64,000 bases of DNA from Candidatus Hydrogenedentota bacterium. Lineage in GTDB: Bacteria; Hydrogenedentota; Hydrogenedentia; Hydrogenedentales; SLHB01. Position 1 is the stretch's first letter. Each line of letters starts with the position of its first letter. This document shows, one piece after another, positions 32,603 to 42,463 of this stretch. A program made the translations under genes and the position numbers. The notes under the pieces were generated by a model. The model did no database searches. It was given only the letters and a program-made list of their open reading frames with translations, and was not told where the DNA came from. The stretch lies in NCBI GenBank assembly GCA_963674865.2, contig CAXXYE010000009.1:1664001-1728000 (forward strand). The letters are read 5' to 3'.

Positions 32603-32887
32603 ATGAATATCTACGTGGGGAACCTGTCGTACGACTCAACGGATGCCGACATCAGGGAGGCTTTCGAGAAGCACGGGCAGGTCGAAGATGTGCGCATCAT
32701 CAAGGACAGGGAGACGGGGAGGTCGAAGGGCTTTGCTTTCGTGGAGATGTCGGATGATTCGCAGGCCCAGAAGGCGATTGCCGAGCTGGACGGGGCGGAT
32801 TTCCTTGGCCGTCGGTTGAAAGTAAACGAGGCCCGTCCCCGTGAAGAGCGCCGGCCCCGAGGCGGCGGCGACTTCGGCCGCTACTAG
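32603..32887 (+). CDS. RRM RNA-binding protein
   Basis: RNP2 IYVGNL, RNP1 KGFAFVEM, LKVNEARPR, Gly/Arg tail. Confidence 0.96.
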   Translation: MNIYVGNLSYDSTDADIREAFEKHGQVEDVRIIKDRETGRSKGFAFVEMSDDSQAQKAIAELDGADFLGRRLKVNEARPREERRPRGGGDFGRY

Positions 32888-32985
32888 CAGGCACTCGAGC
32901 GGTAAGCGTAAGTGCCCAGGAAACGGGGACTTGCGCTGGTTTTTGTCCCAGGTCGGTAGCGTCTCCTTTCTGCGGGAGAATGTTC

Positions 32986-33021
32986 GCCGCCCCCATGGTA
33001 GTGGGGGCGGTTTTTGCTTTT
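32986..33021 (+). terminator. Intrinsic terminator
   Basis: GCCGCCCCCAT-GGTA-GTGGGGGCGGT followed by a T-run. Confidence 0.8.
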
Positions 33022-33281
33022 CGGGCTCTCTAGGCCGCAATCCGGGGGTGTTCAGATACCAGTGCCGTCAGCGCTTGGGTGGCGCTTCGGGGCGGTTCTT
33101 GGGCCTCTCTATCCGCTCCCGCGGCCTGAGACAGCCGACTCGTTTGAGGAGCGGCGGGACGTGCAAAAATGGGCGACCCTCCGCTATTCTGATGGCGCCG
33201 GCGCACGTGAGCGCCGCCAGGTTTCGGGGGGCGGCACGTGCAGTCTACGCCGCAATGCGGTGAGAGAGCGAGGGATATGAG

Positions 33282-34031
33282 ATGGCAAAAAGTCTAATTG
33301 CGCTGGGTGCTTTGCTGCTTGTCGCGGTGTGCGCGCCCGCGGAGGTCCTGCCCGAGTACACGGTGCACCGAGCCACCGAACCGATTGAGATCGATGGCCG
33401 GATGACGGAGCCCTCGTGGCAGAACGCAAGGCCCGTAGGCGCGTTCGTGTTCCCCTGGTGGACGGCGGGCGAGAAAGAGCCAACAGACGCCCGCATGCTC
33501 TGGGATGACGCCAATCTCTACGTCTGCTTCATCGCCCAGGACAGGCATATCACGGCCACCCTCACCGAGCGGGACGGCCCCGTGTCGCTGGACGATTGCG
33601 TTGAAGTGTTCGTGGCGCCCGAGCCCGCCAATGTGAAAGCCTACTTCAACTTCGAGATCAACGCGCTGGGCACGCTGCTTGATCGCTCGCCGCGGAACAA
33701 CCGCAGCAAGCATTGGAATGCCGAAGGAGTCCAGATTGCCATTACCTGCGATGGCACGAGAAATGACGAGTCCGATGTCGATCGCTCCTGGACCACGGAG
33801 ATCGCCATCCCTTTCCTCAACTTCGAGGGCGTGGCCACGAACCTGCCCCCGAAGGACGGCGATCTCTGGCGGCTGAACCTGTACCGTATCGGCGGGAGAA
33901 TCAACGCCCAGTTCAGCGTTTGGTCGGATACGAGGACGGAGAAGCCTAGTTTTCATGTGCCTGAGCGGTTTGGCGTGGCCCGGTTTGCCATGAGTCCCGC
34001 CAAAAAACCGACAGGCTCGAAGGCCGAGTAG
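33282..34031 (+). CDS. Secreted CBM9-like (DOMON-like) carbohydrate-binding protein
   Basis: Signal peptide, IEIDG, LWDDANLY, DCVEVF, FEINALG, WTTEIAIPF, WRLNLYR, FHVPERFG. Confidence 0.87.
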   Translation: MAKSLIALGALLLVAVCAPAEVLPEYTVHRATEPIEIDGRMTEPSWQNARPVGAFVFPWWTAGEKEPTDARMLWDDANLYVCFIAQDRHITATLTERDGPVSLDDCVEVFVAPEPANVKAYFNFEINALGTLLDRSPRNNRSKHWNAEGVQIAITCDGTRNDESDVDRSWTTEIAIPFLNFEGVATNLPPKDGDLWRLNLYRIGGRINAQFSVWSDTRTEKPSFHVPERFGVARFAMSPAKKPTGSKAE

Positions 34032-34084
34032 GTTGGAGGAGACTTCCGCATCTTCACCTGCACTCATTCCCCGCGAGCGCTGGT

Positions 34085-35299
34085 TCAGGCTTGGCCGTCG
34101 CGTCGTTCGACAACGACGATGCCATTTGACGTGACGCGGAAGCGTTTGGCGTCCTCTTGAAGGTCGTAGCCGATGACGGCGCCTTCGGGGATGTTGACGA
34201 ATTTCTCGACAATAGCCCGTCGAACGCGGGCGTGTCGCCCTATGCTTGCCGCTTCCATCAGAATGGACTCCTCGACATAGGAGTAGCTGTTGATGCGCAC
34301 GTCCGGCGAGAGAACTGAGCGCCGAACCATGCCCCCGCTTACGATACAGCCGGGGCTGACGACGCTATCGACGGCGACTCCGAAGCGGCCCTCCTGTTCG
34401 CCGAAAACGAATTTTGCGGGCGGCGCCACGCGATAGGCTGTGCGCAGAGGCCAGTCCCTATCGTATAGGTTGAACTCGGGCTCCACGGACACCAGGTCCA
34501 TGTGGGCTTCCCAGTAGGCGTCGATGGTGCCCACATCGCGCCAATACTTCGGGCTCTTTCGGTTCTCATCCTGAAAGGTGTATGCGTAGACCTTGTTTGA
34601 CTCGACCAAGCGTGGGACGATGTCCCGGCCGAAGTCGTGCGTCGTCTGTGTTCGCTCGGCATCTTCCGTGCATGCCCGGGTCAGCAAATCTGTGTTGAAC
34701 ACGTAGACTCCCATGGAAACGAGGGCGACGTTCGGCCTGCCGGGGATGGTCTTAGGCTTGGCGGGTTTTTCCTGGAATGCGACGACGCGCCCCGTGGCAT
34801 CTACTTCGAGCACGCCGAACCGACTAGCCTCGTCGGTTCGGGTCTCGATAGCCGCGATGGTGAGATCCGCACCGGCTTCCCGGTGGAATCCCACCATGCG
34901 CTCGTAGTTCATCTTGTAGATGTGGTCGCCCGACAGTATAAGGACCTCGCGCGGCCTTTCACGCTCAATCGAGTACAGATTCTGATATATGGCATCCGCG
35001 GTTCCGAGGTACCAGCTGTTGTTGACGCGCTGCTGGGGAGGGACGACTTCGATGAACTCGCCCAACTCCGAGTGCATGATGTCCCATCCATACCGAATAT
35101 GGCGCGACAGGGAGAGTGACTTGTACTGCACCAGAACCTGAATCCGGCGGCAGTTGGAGTTGATGCAGTTCGACAGAGAGAAATCGATGATCCGGTAGAG
35201 GCCCCCAAACGGCACGGCAGGTTTGGCCCGGTTTCGCGTCAACGGATGAAGGCGTTCCCCCGCCCCGCCGGCCAGGAGTATGGCGAGCACATGTTTCAC
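34085..35299 (-). CDS. glgC: Glucose-1-phosphate adenylyltransferase
   Basis: LAGGAGERL, AKPAVPFGG, GTADA, LSGDH, FQEKP, SMGVYVF, DFG, YWRDVGT. Confidence 0.96.
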   Translation of the reverse strand: MKHVLAILLAGGAGERLHPLTRNRAKPAVPFGGLYRIIDFSLSNCINSNCRRIQVLVQYKSLSLSRHIRYGWDIMHSELGEFIEVVPPQQRVNNSWYLGTADAIYQNLYSIERERPREVLILSGDHIYKMNYERMVGFHREAGADLTIAAIETRTDEASRFGVLEVDATGRVVAFQEKPAKPKTIPGRPNVALVSMGVYVFNTDLLTRACTEDAERTQTTHDFGRDIVPRLVESNKVYAYTFQDENRKSPKYWRDVGTIDAYWEAHMDLVSVEPEFNLYDRDWPLRTAYRVAPPAKFVFGEQEGRFGVAVDSVVSPGCIVSGGMVRRSVLSPDVRINSYSYVEESILMEAASIGRHARVRRAIVEKFVNIPEGAVIGYDLQEDAKRFRVTSNGIVVVERRDGQA

Positions 35300-35934
35300 G
35301 AGGTGGCCCCCTCAATTCCCACGAAGGCTCTGCAAGGTGCGCCGTCTGCCTCGTACAAGGGCAGCGGCAGAACCGTAAACCGGCAGGCTCCGGCGGGCGC
35401 CTCCGCAAGGCGAAGTCCCTCGACCACGAGGATGTTGCTGCGTAGCAGGCGCCGGTGCGTCAATGCGCCCTCTTCCCCAAATGGGCCGACCGATAGGTAG
35501 TCTACTCCGACCAAGCGCACGCCGTCGTTGACGAGCCGCTGCGCCGCATCCTCGCTCAACGCCACGAAATCCTCTCGGAACGGCTCGCCCAAGGGCAAGG
35601 CCGAGTTCCGCGTCTTGAAAAGCACGCGGGGGGGGAGGGGGGAATCGCCCAGATCGTCCACGCCGATTACGCCGGCCTCGGCGAATTCGAGTACAAGAGC
35701 TTCGCCGAAGAAGAGCGCCGTGTCCATCTCGTGAAGGCGCTTCCCGTCCTCCTCGCCATGCCACGGCGCATCCACGTGCGTGCCTGTGTGCGTTCCAAGC
35801 CCTACCCAGGAGACATTGCTCGTATCTCCCTGCGCAATGCGCCTGAACGGCTTAAGCTCGAAGGCCGGGTCCCCCGGCCACACGGTCATGTCCGTGTGCA
35901 TGGGGAGGCTGACATCGACCCAGCGTATGCTCAT
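35296..35934 (-). CDS. Cyclase/kynurenine formamidase (KynB-like) metal-dependent hydrolase
   Basis: WPGDP, HTGTHVDAP, VGVDYLS, VVEGL, DGAPCRA. Confidence 0.9.
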   Translation of the reverse strand: MSIRWVDVSLPMHTDMTVWPGDPAFELKPFRRIAQGDTSNVSWVGLGTHTGTHVDAPWHGEEDGKRLHEMDTALFFGEALVLEFAEAGVIGVDDLGDSPLPPRVLFKTRNSALPLGEPFREDFVALSEDAAQRLVNDGVRLVGVDYLSVGPFGEEGALTHRRLLRSNILVVEGLRLAEAPAGACRFTVLPLPLYEADGAPCRAFVGIEGATS

Positions 35935-36659
35935 TGGGCATTCCTCGTCACTCGTTGTAGAGCCGCGGGGTCCAGCACCCTGACGCGGCGGTTGGCCATC
36001 TCCAGGATACCTTGTTTCCGAAGGCTGTGCAGGACACCGGTGGTCGTTTCGCGCGTTGAGCCAACGAGATTGGCAATATCTTGATGGGTCACGCGCAGCG
36101 TGCCATCCTCTTCATTCGGTGCGCGTTGATACAATCGCAGCAGCCCTGAGGCCACGCGGCACCGCACCGAGTTAAATACCGTCTCGCTAAGGACTTGTTC
36201 CGTCTCAATCACACGGCGACACAAGCTCTTGGCCACCATTAGGCTAATCTCGCCTTCTTCTGCCGCCAAGCGGCGGAAGTCGTCCGCCCGCAGTAGGCAC
36301 AACACCGTCGACTCCATGGCCTCCGCGTAAGCCCCCCTGTGCGAGTCCTTGACCAATGCTTCCTCACCGAGGATATCACCTGGAAAGAGATGCCGGAATG
36401 TCAGTTCCCGCCCGTCCCCTGACACGCGCGTCACTTTCACCCGGCCGCTCCGGACCCAATAGACGTAGTCGCACGAATCATCGGGAAAATAGATGATCTG
36501 ACGGAACTCGTATTCGCGGTGATACACGTAATCCTGCAGGCGAGAAACGACGTGCTCACTCATTTCGCGGAAAAAGGGCTCATCGTGGAGAGAAAGGACG
36601 AAACCTATCGTTCGCTTCATCTGAACCGACTCCGGACCGCGCGCCATGGGAGAAGACAT
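35931..36659 (-). CDS. Crp/Fnr family transcriptional regulator
   Basis: cNMP domain (SGRVKV, LGEEAL, HRGAYAEA) and HTH THQDIANLVGSTRET. Start uncertain (36659, 36647 or 36620). Confidence 0.92.
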   Translation of the reverse strand: MSSPMARGPESVQMKRTIGFVLSLHDEPFFREMSEHVVSRLQDYVYHREYEFRQIIYFPDDSCDYVYWVRSGRVKVTRVSGDGRELTFRHLFPGDILGEEALVKDSHRGAYAEAMESTVLCLLRADDFRRLAAEEGEISLMVAKSLCRRVIETEQVLSETVFNSVRCRVASGLLRLYQRAPNEEDGTLRVTHQDIANLVGSTRETTTGVLHSLRKQGILEMANRRVRVLDPAALQRVTRNAQ

Positions 36660-36826
36660 ATCCCGTGTGCCCAAGTCCTATTCCATCCCCGTACAGCCTA
36701 TCCAATATATCAGAACACCCCAACCTTGTCATTTGCAAGCAAGTGCAATGATGCCGGCATGATTCGTTTGTGCCGGGTCAACCGGATGCGGGCCGGTTGA
36801 CAGAGCGCCGACCGGCAGGATCAAGG

Positions 36827-38629
36827 TCAGAAGGGCCAGATGACCGGCACAAGCACCGTCGCTAACACCAAGAGGCTCAAACTGAGCGGCAAGCCGACAC
36901 GGACGAAGTCGGTGTAGCGGTATCCGCCGGGCCCGTAGACCATGAGATTGGTTTGGTATCCCAGAGGCGTGACGAATGTAGAGGCCGCAGCGAACATAAT
37001 GGCCATCACGAACGGACGTGGGCTAAGGCCCATCTGCCCCGCGATTCCCAAGGCAACAGGAAACATCAAGACCGCCGCCGCGCGATTCGTTATTATCTCG
37101 CTCAGAATGGTTGTGGCCAGATACGCGAACGCCAATATGACGTGAGGCCCCATGCTCCCAACTGCCTGCACGACTTTCGCGCTGACAAGTTCGGCGCAAC
37201 CGGTTTTCTCGAGGGCCTTTCCGAGGGCCAATGCGGCGCCAATCGTCAGCAAGGTTTGCCAATCGACGGCCTGCCTTGCCACGCCCGCGGAGATGCAGCG
37301 GGTAGCGACCATCAGCCCGGCTATCAAGAACGCCGCCAGTACAATAGGAACAACGCCCGTCGCTATCAGGATCAACAGGCCCCCCAGCAGCCCGATTGAC
37401 AGCAAGCTCTTCTCATGGCGAACGGGCCGGGCTTCTTCGATGCCGCTTACGAGGCAGAAATCGGGGTTGTTGCGGTGGGCGCGAGTGAAGTGCGGCCCGG
37501 TCTGGAGCAGCAGTGCGTCGCCGCTCTGCACGACAATGTCCCCTACGCGGCCCCTCAAGCGTTCACCTCCACGATGGACGGCGAGAATGGCGGCGTTGTA
37601 CCTAGCTCGGAAGTCGGCGTCGCGGACACTGAGGCCGATGAGCGGCGACGTACTGGACACAACCGCCTCGCACAGGGAGCGGTCGAAGGTGTCTGTCGTG
37701 GCCCTTTCCTTGTCCGGTTCCGTCACCGCAATCAAGCCATGGATTCGCTCAAGATCGATGATGGTACCGACCACGCCCGTGAAAGTAAGCACGTCGTCTG
37801 CCCGCAAGATGAGGTCGGGCTGCACCGGCGCGATCACCTGTTCTCCCCGTACCACCTCCGTCAGAAACAGGCCCGACAAATGCCGCAATCCGCCACCTTC
37901 CACGCTCTGGTCAGCCAGTCGGCACCCGCGCCCGATTCGCATATTGAGAAGGTATTCGCGGCGCAAATTGCCCAGGTTCTCGATGAGATCCTTGCGATCC
38001 GGCAGTAGGCGGCGTCCGACGAGAAGTAGGTATACGAATCCCACGACTGCGAAAGGTACACCGAGCGGACTCAATTCAAACAGGCTAAGGGGCTCCAGGA
38101 ATTGGCCCAGTGCCGGGCGTTTGTTAACGGCGTCGAGGATCAGCCCGTTCACCACAAGGTTAGTGCTTGTGCCGACAAGGGTACACGTGCCGCCCAGAAT
38201 CGCCAGGTAGGACAAAGGGATTAACAGGCGGGACGGCGACACCCCGTGGTGTCGGCACCATTGTCTCAGCAGCGGGACAAACATCGCCACAATGGGCGTG
38301 TTGTTCAGAAAGGCCGACATCACAGTGATCGGCACCGTCATCCTGACAAAGGCGTCCCGCTCAGTCCGCGCCCTGCCCAAGATAAGGGCGCTTACACGAT
38401 CCATGGCTCCCGTCTCGCGCATGGCGGCGGCGACTACGTAGAGCGCTGCAATGGTCAGCACTGCCGGATTCACGAATCCCGCGAAGACCTCTCCTGCGTC
38501 GAGAATCCCCAAGAGACCCAAACAGACTGTGCCGCCCATGAGAAGCATGTCGGGCGGGCCGAGGTTTGTCGCCAAGGCTGTGAGCGTCGCCACGATGATG
38601 CCTGAGGTCGCCCAGATCTCCCAATTCAC
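36827..38629 (-). CDS. SLC13/CitMHS-type permease with TrkA-C domains
   Basis: SAFLNNTPIVA, GGTCTLVGTSTNL, central RCK_C repeats, TPLGYQTNLMVYGPGGY. Confidence 0.92.
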   Translation of the reverse strand: MNWEIWATSGIIVATLTALATNLGPPDMLLMGGTVCLGLLGILDAGEVFAGFVNPAVLTIAALYVVAAAMRETGAMDRVSALILGRARTERDAFVRMTVPITVMSAFLNNTPIVAMFVPLLRQWCRHHGVSPSRLLIPLSYLAILGGTCTLVGTSTNLVVNGLILDAVNKRPALGQFLEPLSLFELSPLGVPFAVVGFVYLLLVGRRLLPDRKDLIENLGNLRREYLLNMRIGRGCRLADQSVEGGGLRHLSGLFLTEVVRGEQVIAPVQPDLILRADDVLTFTGVVGTIIDLERIHGLIAVTEPDKERATTDTFDRSLCEAVVSSTSPLIGLSVRDADFRARYNAAILAVHRGGERLRGRVGDIVVQSGDALLLQTGPHFTRAHRNNPDFCLVSGIEEARPVRHEKSLLSIGLLGGLLILIATGVVPIVLAAFLIAGLMVATRCISAGVARQAVDWQTLLTIGAALALGKALEKTGCAELVSAKVVQAVGSMGPHVILAFAYLATTILSEIITNRAAAVLMFPVALGIAGQMGLSPRPFVMAIMFAAASTFVTPLGYQTNLMVYGPGGYRYTDFVRVGLPLSLSLLVLATVLVPVIWPF

Positions 38630-39094
38630 GGTACCTACTCCTTGGTGATTTCAGGCGCGGAGTGCAATACCTCACCTGAGTTGATCACTTGATGGAAGAT
38701 GACAGCATACTCCTTTCGGAAGAGCACACTGAGGGCGAGAACCAGCCCGAAGAAGTGCACCCACGGCCCTGATCAAACGCGAAGCCATGAGAAAAGGGCG
38801 CTTCTGTGCTTTGGACGGCTGCCCCTAAGGCACACCAATCCGCAAGTTCCCTATACGGAAACGCCTGCAACCGTCAGAGGCTCATTTCCCGTAATTGTAG
38901 TTCCGTTTGCCCGTACCGTCAATGCCACTACCCGTCATCAGGCCCATCTTATGGGGGCCGTTAACAGCCTGGCAGACTCGGTCATAAGCGCCTGGGCCGA
39001 CTCACTCCTTGCACCATGCGTCGTTGCCGTGGCAGAGTAGGCGGGCGTTATTTGGGAAGGAGCGACTCTTCGGGATCTATACGAAAGGATATCC

Positions 39095-40474
39095 ATGCGT
39101 ATAACGTCATACGGCGCCGCCCAGGGAGTTACCGGCAGTAAGCACCTCATCGAAGTCAACGGACACCGCGTTCTCCTGGATTGCGGTATGTTTCAAGGCA
39201 AACGCGAAGAAACCGCTCGCAAGAACCGCCAACTTCCTATCCCTGTCGAGGATATCCACGCCGTCGTTCTCTCGCACGCCCACATCGACCACAGCGGAAT
39301 TCTGCCCGTTCTTGCCAAACACAACTACGCCGGACGCGTTTTCACCACGATGGCCACCCGCGATCTATGCGCCATCATGCTTCTCGATAGTGCCCACATT
39401 CAGGAGCGCGACGCCCGGTGGCTATCACGGCGCAACGAGACGTTTGTTGCCCCCATCTATGGCGAAGAGGACGCTCGAGAGATCATCCGCCACTTCATCT
39501 GCATCCCCTACGATATGCCGATCGATGTCGTCCCCGGCCTGCGCGTGACTTTCAAGGATGCAGGCCATGTCCTCGGTTCGGCGATGATCCTCCTTGAGTT
39601 CGAGGAGAACGGCAAGCAGCGCAAGGTTATCTACAGCGGAGACATCGGTCGCAGGAACATGCCTATCCTCGACGATCCCTGGGAGCCGGACGACGCCGAC
39701 GTGGTCATCATGGAGAGTACCTACGGCGACCGCGATCACGACCCCATCGAAACTCTGGACGACAAACTCGCCGATGTGGTCAACCGCACGTACAAGCGTG
39801 GCGGAAAGCTCATCGTGCCCTCCTTCGCCCTCGAGCGCGCCCAGGAGTTCATCTACGCCCTCAAGCGTCTCGAAAGTCAGAATCGCATCCCCGACATCCC
39901 CGTGTTCGTCGATAGTCCCCTCACCGTCAACATCACCGAGGTGTTCCGCCTCCACGCCGACCTGTTCGACGAGGATCTACAGCACATTATGGAGGAATCC
40001 GGCAATCCCTTCGAACTGAAGCGCATCACCTATATCCGCAATGTCGAAGAGTCCAAGCGGCTCAATGGCATCAAAGAACCCGCCATCATCATCTCCGCCT
40101 CCGGCATGTGCGAGTTCGGGCGCATCCTCCACCACCTGCGCAATAACATCGGCGACAGACGCAACACCATCCTCATCATTGGCTTCCAGGCCAAGAATAC
40201 TCTTGGACGCCGCATCGTCGAGCGCGAGCGCCAGGTAAAGATTTTCGGCATCAAACACGACCTCGTCGCCGAGGTCAAAGTGCTGAACTCCTTGAGCGCC
40301 CACGCCGGCCGCTCCGAGCTCATCGATTTTGGGAAGCGCTTCAAAGACCGCGCCGAGAAGGTCCTCCTTGTCCACGGTGAAAACGGCGCCCTCGCAGCCC
40401 TCCAATCCGGCCTCCAAGCCGAAGGTTGTACCAACACCCACATCCAGGAAGAAGGCGTTCCCATCGAGTTCTGA
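39095..40474 (+). CDS. MBL-fold beta-CASP nuclease (YSH1/CPSF73-like)
   Basis: VTGS, LDCG, SHAHIDHSG, AGHVLGS, MESTYG, DSPL, SASGM, SAHA, LVHGE. Confidence 0.93.
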   Translation: MRITSYGAAQGVTGSKHLIEVNGHRVLLDCGMFQGKREETARKNRQLPIPVEDIHAVVLSHAHIDHSGILPVLAKHNYAGRVFTTMATRDLCAIMLLDSAHIQERDARWLSRRNETFVAPIYGEEDAREIIRHFICIPYDMPIDVVPGLRVTFKDAGHVLGSAMILLEFEENGKQRKVIYSGDIGRRNMPILDDPWEPDDADVVIMESTYGDRDHDPIETLDDKLADVVNRTYKRGGKLIVPSFALERAQEFIYALKRLESQNRIPDIPVFVDSPLTVNITEVFRLHADLFDEDLQHIMEESGNPFELKRITYIRNVEESKRLNGIKEPAIIISASGMCEFGRILHHLRNNIGDRRNTILIIGFQAKNTLGRRIVERERQVKIFGIKHDLVAEVKVLNSLSAHAGRSELIDFGKRFKDRAEKVLLVHGENGALAALQSGLQAEGCTNTHIQEEGVPIEF

Positions 40475-40613
40475 GAGCCGTGGAGCAGGCATGGGCCAAC
40501 GCTCGGCGGTAAGAGAGTCCCACGGATTGGAACGCCCGTTTGATGTTCGTGAGGTCAAGGATATCTCGTAGCGAGACGCACTCCGCCGTTGTGCCGGCGT
40601 CAAGGACGAACCT

Positions 40614-41320
40614 CTGGCAGCCCGTGGCAGAAGCCTCTTTGTGGCGAGGCATCTCAGGCGACGCCAAGCGAACGTTGCGGAAATTATCGGAGCCCCTGTT
40701 GCCTTCCGGAGGCGGATATGCGCCCAGACGGCGCCTCCGAAGGCGCTTAGGCGTTTTGCCGGCGCGATCTGACGGTTTTTTGTTCCCCTTGCGAGCTGTT
40801 CATGTAAGTCCTTGGGCGTTCCGAATCCGGTCACCCGCCGGAAGATGAGACTGAGGTTGAAGGCGCCCACGTGAATGAGCAGGCGTTTGAGGATGTTGTC
40901 GTGATGGCGCAGATGGGTGCGCCGCATCGCGCGTCTCGTAGCAGTGGGCGAAGCTGTGCTCGATGAGTTCGCCGCGTTTGCGCAGCAGTTTCTTGCCGTA
41001 CGCGCCGCGGATGCGTCTGCGGTTGCATAGACCGCGTCGCGTTCCTCGGTTTTGCCTTCCCACTTGCGCCGGCCCCGCTTGGTCTTGCTCATGTACGTCC
41101 TCAAGCCCGCCTCTTGCAGGTCGCGCGTGGTGTCATTGCTGTGGTACCCCTTATCCAGAACCACTTCCCGGGGCGGCTCGAGATGGCGGCGCGCCTCGGC
41201 TTCCGCGGCGGCCGTCTGGAGGTTTTCCCGCGCCTCATCCAGCGTCGGCTTCACCGTCTCCGTATCGCCGAGGTCGGCATGGTGAAGCGTCACCGAAAGG
41301 ACCGCGCCCGTTCCGCATGA
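40614..41320 (-). mobile_element. Truncated, frameshifted IS transposase remnant (IS1182/IS5-like DDE) with probable right end
   Basis: Pieces across frames: TGAVLSVTLHHAD, VVLDKGYHS, NRRRIRG..GKKLLRKRGELIEHSFAH, MRRTHLRHHDNILKRLLIHVGAFNL. End-like TGCCACGGGCTGCCAG at ~40614-40629; 5' half missing. Confidence 0.8.
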
Positions 41321-41387
41321 CACGCGTGTTGTCTCGCTATGCGGTTGTGAGAAGAGCGGGTCGGGGGAACGGAGCTGAGAAAACGCC

Positions 41388-42449
41388 TCAGGGCTCCTGC
41401 ACGAGCACGTTGGTGGCGAGGTCCGCCTGGACCTGGGTGTAGGGGCTGCCGGCCGGGCGGCATTCCAGTAGCGGCTGTATCCTCTCATACACCTGTTTGC
41501 TGAGCACGGCAATATTGTACACCGGTTCGCCCGGCTTGACGACGGGCATCGTGGTCATGCCCAGCACAATGCCGTTAACCGGCGCTGGGATGCAACTCTT
41601 ATCACGCCCGAAGATGCTCGAACACGTGGCAAGGCAATCGCCCCTGCGGACGAGTTGCCCGGGAGATGCGTGAAATGTGAGGAGCCCGCCTTGCTCCGCC
41701 CGCACCCAAGTCGTCTTCTTGACGGCCACGCGAAACGCGGGGGAGTCGGGGACGCCGCGAATCATCCGGAGCGATTTCAGCACGTTGAGGCAACCGCGAA
41801 CTCCCACCGCTACGACGCCCGGCTCGATCTTCCAGACCTCCCCCGCTTCGACGAGGATGATGGGCACGCCGGCTTCCCCGGCTACACGGCGGAGTGAGCC
41901 CTTCGGCCCGGCCGAGTGAACCACGAGTTCGCATCCAAACGCCTCGGCGATCTTCTCCACGCCCGGAACGAGGAGATTGGCGCGCACGTTCGGGTAGTTC
42001 GTCCGGCGAACCGCGGCGCTGTGGAAGTCGATGGCGTAGTCACACTGGCGGATGATCTTGGAGAAAATGGCGTGGGCCAGGCGCCGGGCGAGACTGCCCG
42101 AGGGAGAGCCCGGAAAGCACCGGTTCAAATCGCGCCGATCGGGCATATAGCGCGCATGCCGCTCCAGGCCGTAGATATTGACCACCGGGACGCACACGAG
42201 CGTGCCCATCAGCAAATCCGGCGGGGCGTTGTAAGCAAGCTCCCGGACGATTCCCATGCCGTTGAGTTCATCACCATGGACTACGCCCGTCAGGCACACC
42301 GTAGGGCCCGGCGTGGTCGCCCGAATGACGTGAACTGGAACCGAAACGGGTTTTCCGAGATAGGACTCGCCGAATTGGACTTCGATACTTGCCGTCTGCC
42401 CCAGTTCGATGGAGCGCTCCTCGATGATAAGCGGCTGTCCTCTGTCCAC
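41388..42449 (-). CDS. Succinylglutamate desuccinylase/aspartoacylase (M14) family deacylase, RimK-associated
   Basis: HGDELNG, DLNRCFPG, IDFHS, VEAG, C-terminal biotinyl-like barrel. AAAGGAG precedes the GTG at 42449. Confidence 0.9.
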   Translation of the reverse strand: MDRGQPLIIEERSIELGQTASIEVQFGESYLGKPVSVPVHVIRATTPGPTVCLTGVVHGDELNGMGIVRELAYNAPPDLLMGTLVCVPVVNIYGLERHARYMPDRRDLNRCFPGSPSGSLARRLAHAIFSKIIRQCDYAIDFHSAAVRRTNYPNVRANLLVPGVEKIAEAFGCELVVHSAGPKGSLRRVAGEAGVPIILVEAGEVWKIEPGVVAVGVRGCLNVLKSLRMIRGVPDSPAFRVAVKKTTWVRAEQGGLLTFHASPGQLVRRGDCLATCSSIFGRDKSCIPAPVNGIVLGMTTMPVVKPGEPVYNIAVLSKQVYERIQPLLECRPAGSPYTQVQADLATNVLVQEP

Positions 42450-42463
42450 GGGACTCCTTTCGG

